Below, piece by piece: positions 1 through 9,174 of a stretch of 64,000 nt of DNA (the stretch's first letter is position 1; each line of letters starts with the position of its first letter). The stretch is from assembly GCA_963705145.1 (NCBI GenBank), contig CAVPJA010000004.1, forward strand, positions 43,810 to 107,809. Reading direction: 5' to 3'. This DNA comes from Candidatus Bathyarchaeota archaeon (GTDB lineage Archaea > Thermoproteota > Bathyarchaeia > Bathyarchaeales > Bathycorpusculaceae). The notes below the pieces were generated by a model that made no database searches, had not been told where the DNA came from, and saw nothing but the letters and a program-made list of their open reading frames with translations. Made by a program: the position numbers and the translations under genes.

Positions 1-2
1 TA

Positions 3-2087
3 ATTTTTGAGGTTACAAATATCGCGGAATCTGAAAAAGATTTTGTGGTCAAAGGAAAACTTGTTTACGAAGGTATAGGTTTGCCAAAAGCTGATTGCAT
101 TGCTAACGCTTGCAGAGTCAAAGGTTCAGATGGATCAAGCTCAGGCGACTGGATGGTTGTAACCGAACTAAAGCGTAATGTACAGGGCCAGTTTGAGGAA
201 GCCCAAAGACGCTCCCCATCTGAAGTTGAAAAATCAGCTCGAGCAATCGTCGATAAAGTAAATGTTCGAAAATCCGAGATAATTATTAACGTAGTCAGTT
301 GGCCAAGTGGCAAAGGCAGAAAATACAGTGCATGGCACAATCTTCCAACAACTGACCCTGAAAAAGCCAAGAGCAAGTATATGCAGCTTTTCGAAGTTGG
401 AAGAATCTACATTTTGGATGAGTTAGCTGACGACATCATTTCTGATCGGGCGACTAAATGTCTTGACTACGCAGGCAGCAACGTATTGTATGGTTTGTTA
501 GCAAATTTCTTAGCAGGCAAATATGAAGTCTCTTCACACACTGCTTTGTCAAGAGAAGGAACTTTGCAATTTCTAAGGTGGGTTGAAGGCAGGCACTTTT
601 CTCCTAAAGCTGAGCAGCAACGTTTCATTGAACGTGTTTTTGGGAAAGAACAAATTGTTATGCTCCAGGGTCCGCCCGGAACAGGAAAAACTGAAACTTT
701 GCAATTGGCAGTTTTAGCTCATGTCGCCGCCCATAGAGCCAAATCAAGATGCCGGGTATTGATGGTTGCTCCAACCCACAAAGCCATTCAAGAGTTCGTT
801 AGTAAACTTGCGCGTTGCTGGCAAGAATATTGCCGAGGAGGCGGTAAAGACTTAAAAGACCTAAATATTTACCGAGTTCTAAGCAGCTCCGTTTCTTCAG
901 CCAAACCCATTGATGGAGTCAAATACGTTAACTATAACGAAGATGAAGAAACTGTTAAGGAACTCAAGGATTGCTTGATAAACCAGGAAGCGTTAACGCC
1001 CACTCCTTCAGGTTCTGACCCATTGATTCTATGTTTAACTCCTCCTGGCTTGTACGGCTTAATGAAGAAAATCGGAGATTCAGAGCCGCCTTGGGGTGAA
1101 GCATTCTTTGATTTGCTCGTTGTTGACGAGGCAAGTATGATGCGTCTGCCAGAGCTAATTCTTTCAGGCTCATTCCTCTCTAAAAGCAGCCAAATCCTCG
1201 TTGCGGGAGACCATCGACAGCTTCCTCCAATTCAAGCGCATAACTGGGAAAAAGAAGACCGTCGAACGCTTGAAGAAATGGCGTCATTTCTATCCGCCAT
1301 GGATTTCCTTCGTTTACTACGACAAGAAGACCTTGGCATTGAAAGAATAAGTTGCAAACATCCAGCAGATATCCCAGCGGAACGATTATGTGAAAGCCAC
1401 AGGTGCCACTCGATCGTAGCAGAATTCTTGAGAGAATGGGTCTATGAAAAGGACAAGATTGATTTTCGTTCAGACCAAAAACAAACATTGGCAGCTTCGG
1501 AGCCTAAGACTGATGGTTTAAGGGTTGTTTTGGAGCCTGAGAACGTTTTTGTCTTGATTGTTCACGATGAAGCGGAGAGTTTCCAATCAAACGTGGTGGA
1601 AGCTTCGATTGTTGAGGCTTTGGTTCGTAACGTGAAATCAGACGGCATCGGTGTGATTACTCCGCATAACGCCCAGAAAGGTTTGCTTAAAAACATGCTG
1701 TCTGAGGGCTGCGAAAACGCAAGAGTTGACACTGTTGAGCGCTTTCAAGGTGGTGAAGCCGACTTCATAATAATCTCTTCTACAGTTAGCGACCCCGACT
1801 ACGTTCGCAGTGAAAGCGACTTCCTTCTTAATCTGAACCGAATAAACGTGGCGATTTCGCGAATGAAGAAAAAACTGGTCGTCATTGCAAGCAGATCAAT
1901 TTTTGAGTTCATGCCACAAGACGCCAAAGACTATGACAAGGCATTATTGTGGCGTGGGATTTCACAAACAGTTGGGTTTACTGCTGGCTCAAAGGCAAAA
2001 TGGGCAGGTAATCTATCAGAGCTTCTTGGAAACGCCGCAGCTCCAATAAAAGTTGAAGTCTATGTTAGGTCAGAGAACAATCCTTAG
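3..2087 (+). CDS. Superfamily 1 (Upf1/Dna2-like, AAA_11/AAA_12) helicase, 5'-truncated by window edge
   Basis: Frame is open from position 3. Motifs GPPGTGKT, VVDEAS, GDHRQLPP, TPHNAQK, TVERFQGGE and RINVAISR. Confidence 0.85.
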   Translation: MFEVTNIAESEKDFVVKGKLVYEGIGLPKADCIANACRVKGSDGSSSGDWMVVTELKRNVQGQFEEAQRRSPSEVEKSARAIVDKVNVRKSEIIINVVSWPSGKGRKYSAWHNLPTTDPEKAKSKYMQLFEVGRIYILDELADDIISDRATKCLDYAGSNVLYGLLANFLAGKYEVSSHTALSREGTLQFLRWVEGRHFSPKAEQQRFIERVFGKEQIVMLQGPPGTGKTETLQLAVLAHVAAHRAKSRCRVLMVAPTHKAIQEFVSKLARCWQEYCRGGGKDLKDLNIYRVLSSSVSSAKPIDGVKYVNYNEDEETVKELKDCLINQEALTPTPSGSDPLILCLTPPGLYGLMKKIGDSEPPWGEAFFDLLVVDEASMMRLPELILSGSFLSKSSQILVAGDHRQLPPIQAHNWEKEDRRTLEEMASFLSAMDFLRLLRQEDLGIERISCKHPADIPAERLCESHRCHSIVAEFLREWVYEKDKIDFRSDQKQTLAASEPKTDGLRVVLEPENVFVLIVHDEAESFQSNVVEASIVEALVRNVKSDGIGVITPHNAQKGLLKNMLSEGCENARVDTVERFQGGEADFIIISSTVSDPDYVRSESDFLLNLNRINVAISRMKKKLVVIASRSIFEFMPQDAKDYDKALLWRGISQTVGFTAGSKAKWAGNLSELLGNAAAPIKVEVYVRSENNP

Positions 2088-2392
2088 CGATCTAATTTGC
2101 TCCATAAATTGCTCAAGATATTTGATTATTAATGTCTTCGCAATCAGGACCGAACCTATCGTTGTTGTGGTCAGTGCTGATTCACCTGCTTTACTGACTT
2201 GAAGATAATTGACTTTTAGAAGAGGAAAAACGGCGTTTTTCTTTAATACCGTACATATCTATCAATCATCATTTTTAGACATTAAATAATAGTTATGCAA
2301 AATAAACTTAAGCAACTGTTGTAATATATAGTTTAGTTGAGTCTTACATAGCATAAATAACTGGTTTTACAGATCTTTTGTAATCTAGATTT

Positions 2393-2662
2393 ATGGTAGG
2401 TGATGTTACTTTGAAAATGTATGATGCGATGGTGTTGAAAAGAGAAATAGGGACAAGCTGCAATTTAGACGCAAAAATTCTTGAGACTTTGAAAGATGGG
2501 TTTGTTTTGAGAATTATGGAAAACATGGTTAATGAGAATTCACTTGAGGCTATAACTGATTTTGTTAACAAACATGAGCTAAATATGTTGTTTGATAATG
2601 GCGTTTATTTTATTTCTAATCAATTTCTTGAGCCATCCGAGCCAATTTATTTATCCGAATAA
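2393..2662 (+). CDS. Hypothetical protein (89 aa; start may be at downstream ATG 2417)
   Basis: Clean ORF with protein-like composition; GGTGAT SD-like motif before the second ATG. Confidence 0.6.
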   Translation: MVGDVTLKMYDAMVLKREIGTSCNLDAKILETLKDGFVLRIMENMVNENSLEAITDFVNKHELNMLFDNGVYFISNQFLEPSEPIYLSE

Positions 2663-2904
2663 TGTGACCACTTTCAGAATTAGACAATTGACCGGTTGGA
2701 CTATAAGCAGATGTAACTGATTGAGAGTTTATTTGGCAAGGCAAGAGGAGAACTATAAGCATTACTATGATTACTTGGATTCTCTTCAACTATGTTGCCT
2801 CGTGATGTTCTTACATTCGATACAGATGGATTTATTTAGATTTTACTAGTCTGAACACCAGTTGGTTTATATTGTATAATGGCGTGAAAACGTCTGAAAT
2901 TAAA

Positions 2905-3060
2905 ATGTCAAAAAAGAATCAACTGGAAAAAATATGCCCTGAATGCGAAGAAGAAATGAATCCAGTATATGACAAAAACAAAATACTTACTTGTTGGGAA
3001 TGCACCGAGTGCGGTACAATCGTTTCAACAACCAAAGAAACTAAAAAAGAAAAGCCTTAG
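2905..3060 (+). CDS. Small zinc-ribbon protein (51 aa)
   Basis: CPEC...CTECG pair of CxxC knuckles; ATG at 2905. Confidence 0.65.
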   Translation: MSKKNQLEKICPECEEEMNPVYDKNKILTCWECTECGTIVSTTKETKKEKP

Positions 3061-3079
3061 CCAAACATTTTAGATCCAA

Positions 3080-3569
3080 TTATTTTTTGATTAGTTTTTC
3101 ATCAGCCCAAAAATCGATTTTGCCGCATTTTGGACATAGGTAGACTATTACAGGTAGCACTTCCGCTCCAAATCTCGCCGAATCATCACCATCAACCTTT
3201 TGATTTGATTCTTTCCACCCATCAATCTTAAACTTGGTCTTGGTTTGTGACATCTCAACATTACATAAAGAACAAAAAGCAACTGAAGAATTTTCTGTTT
3301 TGTTCACTTCAGGTTTTTTCTTCACTGATTACTGAACTATTGATTTTGGTTTTTTCAGCGTCAACTTGTTGGGGCTCATTTTCATAACCCCCTAAAAATC
3401 GGCAGGGATTAGCACAGTCTAGTACAAACATGCAAAGGTAGCAACAGGTCATCTTCTCGTCATTCTTGCATCGAACCTGCCTGCTTGCCCTTGATTTCTC
3501 ACTTTCAGAAACAGCTAGGCATAATTTCTCACTTGTTAAATATTCACAGCTATTTGCTAAGTCTGACAC
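3080..3569 (-). CDS. Cys-rich protein with C-terminal zinc ribbon; two overlapping ORFs (3309-3569, 3080-3325), probably one gene split at an A6 run
   Basis: N-part has C..C..C..CCYLC..C..C; C-part has CSLC...CPKCG. Removing one A in GAAGAAAAAACCTGAA joins the frames (EEKPEVN). Confidence 0.6.
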
Positions 3570-3643
3570 GTTGGTTTCTTCCTATTGAACAAATCAAGTT
3601 GTAAGTTTTGCCTATTTGTGTTTTGGTTAGAATGGTGATAAAA

Positions 3644-4036
3644 TTAAGTGATTTGGTTTCTTTTGATAGTTTTGTTTGCTTTCTGATAGGCAAGGTAAGC
3701 GAAGATTACTATTAGTGCCGTCCAGGTTACGAATATGAGGTGTATGCCTCCTATGAAAATAGGTTGTGAAATTAGTCTGTTGATGATTGAAATGGCAATT
3801 AGAAAAATAGGGCCTTTTTTATTTCGTCGAACAATCCAATAAAACGCAAGAAGGTTTAGAACTGTGAAGGCGGCAGCGTTAGAAATTGCTATGGTATAAT
3901 CAGCGGCTAAGGTGAAGCGTATTTTTTGTCCTGAAGGTATCGTCGGGTTTGCTGCCCACAGAATTATTGAGGCTACTTCGCCAATAATTGTTAGCGCTAC
4001 TAAAACCAACAGAATTTTATTTGTTGAATCTTGCAT
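3644..4036 (-). CDS. Hypothetical membrane protein (~4 TM segments)
   Basis: Four hydrophobic stretches in ~130 aa. Confidence 0.7.
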   Translation of the reverse strand: MQDSTNKILLVLVALTIIGEVASIILWAANPTIPSGQKIRFTLAADYTIAISNAAAFTVLNLLAFYWIVRRNKKGPIFLIAISIINRLISQPIFIGGIHLIFVTWTALIVIFAYLAYQKANKTIKRNQIT

Positions 4037-4573
4037 GGTCAATATAATGAGTAACCTGAATAAAAGTGTGAAGTTTGAAGTTGAAAAAGGCTGGTCAGCC
4101 TCTTCAAGTAGATTCTTTTTTTACACAATTGGAACTGTGTGACTAAGGATTTTTGAAATCTGATTTTCCATTAAGTGGGGGTTTTTGGCTTTGTAGTCCA
4201 GGGCAATTAATCGAGATATCAGACTTGACATCTTTTTAATGAATTGCAAATAGAAGAAAGACTGCTGATTCCGAAGGGAAAGCGTGGTCCTTATTCTTTT
4301 ATAATAGACTTAGCCCCTTTTCTTAGTGACTGAAGAAAAAGAAAGAACATCCTGAGTACTAATTTTTTCTTCTTCTAAAAAAGATCGAAAAGTCCTTTTC
4401 ACTGTTGCTTCCACTCCTTTTTCCCTTTGTTCTTTGTTTGACCTTTTGTTTCGCTTTTAGGTTTATTTTTTGTTTTATTTTTTATTTTAATTTCCCCTCC
4501 TGCTTTCTTATTTCCACTGTTCAATTGTTCTGCACGCTTATTCAGATTGCCCCTCTAGAAGCCGTCGAAAAGA

Positions 4574-4615
4574 GAAAATAGGTATATTCCTATTTTCAAT
4601 ATATTATTCCTATTT
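4574..4615. repeat. Perfect 9-bp inverted repeat plus overlapping direct repeat
   Basis: GAAAATAGG-TATATT-CCTATTTTC (4574-4597); TATTCCTATTT at 4585 and 4605. Confidence 0.6.
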
Positions 4616-4762
4616 CAACCTCTGCTGAAAGCAACGAACTTGAGAGAAGAAGAAACAAAAATTTTTCAACTTTCTTCTTTTCTATTGAATTAGAATGATT
4701 TCATCAACGCAAAATATAGCTTAAATATTTTAACGAAACATAGTGTCGTCAGGAATGCTTCT

Positions 4763-4882
4763 ATGAACAAGTCCGATAAAAAAGTGACCAAAGCAATTGA
4801 AGAAGTTAAAGAAATACCCTCAAACCCATTACCTGACATTACAACCGCAGCAGAATATATTCGAAGAAGATACATAAAGTAA
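4763..4882 (+). CDS. Unannotated 39-aa microprotein MNKSDKKVTKAIEEVKEIPSNPLPDITTAAEYIRRRYIK
   Basis: TATA-like CTTAAATA at ~4720, AGGA before the ATG, T-tract after the stop. Confidence 0.5.
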   Translation: MNKSDKKVTKAIEEVKEIPSNPLPDITTAAEYIRRRYIK

Positions 4883-4922
4883 CAGGTTGGTAAGTTGTTT
4901 TTTTACTCACTTTCTCTTACTC

Positions 4923-5903
4923 TTATTGCTTGGCTTTGCGTTTCCTTTTGCGCTTGATTGAAGAAAGAACAATTGCTATTTGGTTTAGTTGATTATCATT
5001 AAGAATAGTCTCAGACGTTTTAAATCTAATATTTGTATTTTTCAGCATTTCATAGAATGGTTCTCTCTCCAACGTGTAGGTTTTTTCTGTTTCAAAAGCC
5101 CCATGAAGATCTCCATCATCAGTTTCTACACGTGCTTTATCGGAGATTCGAACTAGTTCAATCCCTATTTTTCCACGTTTGCTTAGATCAGCTATGTAAG
5201 CAAAATCACCAAGTTTAACATGGCTAAAAAAGTTATAACCAACATCTCCTAATACGGACAGATTAGTTTGCCAATTTGTTTCCTTCTTTATTTTGTGTTC
5301 AGATTTTGACGAAATCCAGTGCGAGACCCCAATAAACCATGTGTTAACGAAATCATTAGTCCAATCTCTGATTTTGGTATGAGGCTTAATTTTTTTAAGT
5401 TTGACTTTTTTTGTATTCTTCTGGGCTAAATTCCACATAATTTTATATCTTTTTAATTCACCAATAGGTTTTGAAGTGTTCCATAAGCTTTCATTGAAGA
5501 AACTTTTTACTTCTTCTACGTCTGACCCTTCAAGCAATACGCCAACTTCAATATTGTTTTCAAATGCTTCTTCTGTCAGGGTGGCTGAGGTTAATAACGC
5601 TGAATTGTCAAAAATGTAAATGTTTGAATTAAAATTTTCATTAGATTTTATTTTAGCGCCCTTGAAATGCTCCATTAAGTACTGTATTTCGTACGGATTG
5701 AATTCACCTTGCTTGACTGCAAAATCATTTACTCGGAAGATAAATCGGGTATCCGCTGGAGTATTTTTCAAGATTTCTTGTGAAAAAACTCTGTGGGCAC
5801 CTGAACCCAAAAAGGGGGAACATACCCAAAAGATCTCTTTTGCGCCTAATGATTTCTGAAGAATAGTTTCATATAACTCTGTTTTGCGCAGCAATCTATT
5901 CAT
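4923..5903 (-). CDS. Phospholipase D-fold (Nuc/BfiI-like) domain protein with degenerate HKD motif and a C-terminal domain
   Basis: CSPFL, then FNSNIYIFDNSALLTSATLT...NNIEVG, matching the PLDc_2 pattern HxKxxxxD...SxNxT...NxE but without H/K. Confidence 0.75.
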   Translation of the reverse strand: MNRLLRKTELYETILQKSLGAKEIFWVCSPFLGSGAHRVFSQEILKNTPADTRFIFRVNDFAVKQGEFNPYEIQYLMEHFKGAKIKSNENFNSNIYIFDNSALLTSATLTEEAFENNIEVGVLLEGSDVEEVKSFFNESLWNTSKPIGELKRYKIMWNLAQKNTKKVKLKKIKPHTKIRDWTNDFVNTWFIGVSHWISSKSEHKIKKETNWQTNLSVLGDVGYNFFSHVKLGDFAYIADLSKRGKIGIELVRISDKARVETDDGDLHGAFETEKTYTLEREPFYEMLKNTNIRFKTSETILNDNQLNQIAIVLSSIKRKRKRKAKQ

Positions 5904-6146
5904 AGTGTGAAGTTAATTAATGTGAATAAAAGTTTTCCGAAAGTATTTCCAATATATCTGCCTGGTAGCAAGCAAAATGGCAAGGCAATTCAGATTAAAT
6001 TGAAACTCAAAAACCAGATCTAAGAACTTGTTCTTAGTATTCTCTTTTCTATTGTACTTTTCAGGATTTTTAGGATTCTTCGTATGAAGACAAGAAACAG
6101 ATTTACAAGGGGACGCATTAATTTCTTTTAAAAAGGAGATTGTGTG

Positions 6147-6272
6147 ATGAGTAAGAAAGGAGAAACCGGAGAACAAGATCGGGGAAAACCTCAACCTCAA
6201 AAAAAGAAGGATAGGGAGACTAAACGGAAGGACAAAAAATCAGCTAGACTTGAAAGACAAAAGTCAAGATAG
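6147..6272 (+). CDS. Putative 41-aa highly basic microprotein
   Basis: AAGGAG SD-like motif upstream; MSKKGETGEQDRGKPQPQKKKDRETKRKDKKSARLERQKSR. Confidence 0.35.
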   Translation: MSKKGETGEQDRGKPQPQKKKDRETKRKDKKSARLERQKSR

Positions 6273-6501
6273 GCTTTGGGAATTGTCTGTGGATCTATTG
6301 GGTTTGAAGTTTGCTTGAAAACACCCTGGATGACGACGCTTGAAAACGTTGAACATAAAAGTAGTGTTATTAGAGAAACGCAGATTTCTTTCTTCATGTT
6401 TGCACCCTTAAGAAAATAGTTATTATTACAGTAATATTTACTGCCCGAGGTATTTAAAAATAAGATCTTTATCAAAAAAAAGAAAAATTATGTTTGCGCT
6501 T

Positions 6502-6588
6502 TTACTCTTCGTCTTCGCAGTCGTCGCAATCGCAGTCTTCGGAATCTTCTTCCTCTTCTTCTTCGAAACCAAAAATAGTCTTTACCAT
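6502..6588 (-). CDS. Putative 28-aa acidic Cys-containing micropeptide
   Basis: MVKTIFGFEEEEEEDSEDCDCDDCEDEE; GGTG SD 6 nt upstream, AT-rich TATA-like region upstream, oligo-T tract downstream. Confidence 0.55.
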   Translation of the reverse strand: MVKTIFGFEEEEEEDSEDCDCDDCEDEE

Positions 6589-6707
6589 TTTTTACACCTG
6601 CAAGTTTAACCTAAATTTAACTAAATAAACCCTTTGTTACAACCTCAGATTGCTCTTGAACTCAACTTTCTGCAAAAACAATTAAGGAGTTGCAACCACT
6701 TTGAAGT

Positions 6708-8058
6708 ATGCCTCAAGAGGTTTCAAACGACTTAAAGGACTTAATAGTTCGCTTTGTTCAAACCTATAGTAATGTGCCAGATTTAGAGCTTGATTTATAT
6801 CTTAATCCTAAACCCTGGTTTATGCCCCTAACCAGCAACCAGGCAAAACAGGAAGCCGCACACTACTTTCTGCATGCAGCAGCCTTGAGCGATTACATGT
6901 TAACTGGAAATCCAAGAAACGTCAGAATACTTCTAAATCACCTCCACAGCGCCCTCGGATCCAAATTGTACACAACAACTAACCCTTCAGAATTCACTTC
7001 TGAAGTTGCCAGGTTCGAGGCTCAAATAGAAAAGTTTGATCGTCTAGGTCAAGCAAAAGTAAAGATTCCCGAAGAATTATGCTCTGTTAACCAGTTCGTT
7101 GTCAACAAAGCCCAAGGCAACCTCATCAACTACACCACTAAGCTAAGCCAAAGAAGAAGAAAACCCGCCGATTTTGTAAAAGAACTTTCATTCAGCGTTA
7201 AGAGAATGACTAAACATAATAAAGCTAAATCTTGGCTGTATTTGCGTTGGATGGTTCGAGGTTCCCCTGATTTGGCGCTTTTCCAATTCGACCCAAAAGA
7301 CCTAATGGTATCGCTTACCACTCCCAAATTCAGAGTTTACGCCGCATTAGGTCTTAGTGACAATGAAAACTTGCCGTTTGAACTCAGCACCAAAAACCGA
7401 CCTGAAAGCTGGTGGAAAAATACAGCAGAATTCGATAAAGATGCAGAAAAGTTAACAAACTTTGTGAGATCATTGTTTCCAATGGATCCAGCTAAAGTAG
7501 ATTTCCCATTCTTTATTTTAGGAACATGGCTTGAATACTCTGACCTAACACCTTCTTCATTAGAAAAGTCCATGAGGTTCTTTATTCAGAAACATGACGA
7601 ATTCCTACAACCACTCACACGTTACCTTACAGTGGTTTATCATTACAATAGAATAGGCGAACGAATAGACCCTGGAGCATTCTCAACTTTAGAACTCAGA
7701 TATCTACGAATTTCTGCGAAAAAAACAAGTGATCTTCAACTATGAGTTTATGGAATTTTGTCTCTCAAAGGAAAACCCAACTTTTTCATACAAACCAGAC
7801 TTTCTGCTGCCCCAGTATACCTGCAATGGTAGAAAGGTCTTGCTTGAACCCCACGGCATCAAAAGTAACTTGATGGAATTTCTAAGCAAAATCGCCGTTT
7901 TCCGCAAACATTATGGAAATTATTTCTGCCTAATTTTAATAGTGCCCGACGCTCTCGCCCAAAAAATCGATGAATACGATCCCAAACACATATCCTATGA
8001 TTTTTTGTGGAAACAAAGTAACTATAAAATGCAATTTGAAAACTTCCGCAGTTCATAG
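6708..8058 (+). CDS. DUF2400/TIGR02757-like (HhH-related) domain fused to a PD-(D/E)xK-type nuclease domain; frameshift near 7695
   Basis: WLYLRWMVR and DPAKVDFPFF motifs. The second frame reads DIYEFLRKKQVIFNYE...YKPDFLLP...LLEPHG and is open upstream of its first start codon. Confidence 0.65.
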
Positions 8059-8438
8059 TCAAGGCGAATAATTCTCCCACAATCCTTTCTTTTTCCTCCC
8101 GTTGCTTTAGAATTTTAAAGCTTGGTAAGATAATGTTTTCAAGAACCATGAAAATCCGCGGGGTTGATTGGACTAAATATCTATGCTTTTTCCTAAATTA
8201 AAAACTCCAAAAATTTGGACAGTATCTTTTGGTGTTTTCTGCCCTTTAAGAGTTTGTGATTAGGCGACTGCAGCTACAATAGAAAAAAATAGCCGTTTTA
8301 AAATCTTCAGCAATTCGTTGCAATATACTTGAGTAATCCACGTTTCGTCTGGTAAGCTACACAGAAAGATTAAGAATCTATTCACAAATCTTAAAAGCCC
8401 AACTGAACAAAAGATTCTTTACATAAGCGGGTGTATCG

Positions 8439-9041
8439 ATGGGGTTCTTTAAGAAATTTACAAACAAACTAACTGCTCCAGAAGCATCTGTCCAGCTTAG
8501 ACTATCTAATTACTCAGTTTCATTAGGAGAAAACTTGCAAGGAACACTCAACATATCTTCAAAAGAGAACTTTGAAACAACAGAGGTGCGTTGTGAAATA
8601 ACTTGCATTGAACAAGCGAAGGTCATTCGGGTAGTTTATGATGCTGCTCTTAAAAGATCAATTCCACGAGTGGTTGATGAATCATCCGTTATTTACTGTG
8701 CTAAACCCACACTTTGTGGATCTACGCACTTTGCAAACGGCGAAAACCGAAGCATCCCAATCAACTTTAACATTCCAATAGGCGCAAGACCAACTTGTGC
8801 AGGTGTAGATCAAAGAGTAATATGGACAATAAAAGGTGTCCTCGCAGTAGACGGCCGACCTGATAAGACAACAGAGACATGTGAGATCCAAGTTATAGCT
8901 CCAACCGTGCAGGCTCAGGCGGTTACTGTTCAAAAAGAAATCATTCGCACCGTTGTGATGATTCCTTGTAAATACTGCCAAGGTCTAATGGACCAAACTC
9001 TGACGGTGTGCCCTAACTGCGGTGCAAAGAGAACAATTTAG
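8439..9041 (+). CDS. Arrestin-N/SpoOM-like beta-sandwich protein with C-terminal zinc ribbon
   Basis: LGENLQGTLNI...FNIPIGARPT...WTIKGVL pattern; CKYC...CPNCG. Confidence 0.7.
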   Translation: MGFFKKFTNKLTAPEASVQLRLSNYSVSLGENLQGTLNISSKENFETTEVRCEITCIEQAKVIRVVYDAALKRSIPRVVDESSVIYCAKPTLCGSTHFANGENRSIPINFNIPIGARPTCAGVDQRVIWTIKGVLAVDGRPDKTTETCEIQVIAPTVQAQAVTVQKEIIRTVVMIPCKYCQGLMDQTLTVCPNCGAKRTI

Positions 9042-9174
9042 GCTGAATGAGATCTAAAAGAGGCGTTTTGTTTTTTGAGCTCCATTTTTTGTCTAACTGT
9101 TTGAACTGACAAAGTTAGAGTCTTTTCCACAAACATTAAATTACCTTCTTGTATTATTGGAGAGGAGAATAATC

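Noticed and set aside
4121-4420. Minus-strand frame of ~100 codons with one internal TAA
   Set aside because: No recognisable homology or start signals, so it cannot be supported as a pseudogene.
4400-4525. TTTCCACTG and an AT-rich tract as a possible replication origin (ORB/DUE)
   Set aside because: Only a partial single match, no G-string repeats and no cdc6/orc1 nearby.
5913-6475. Two minus-strand ORFs (95 and 92 aa) from the track
   Set aside because: No recognisable motifs and an F/S/L-rich shadow composition; probably spurious or decayed.
6490-6609. Plus-strand ORF MFALLLFVFAVVAIAVFGIFFLFFF... resembling a membrane toxin
   Set aside because: It is the exact antisense of the acidic peptide (GAA/GAC codons read as Phe/Val). 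The SD and terminator signals favour the minus strand.
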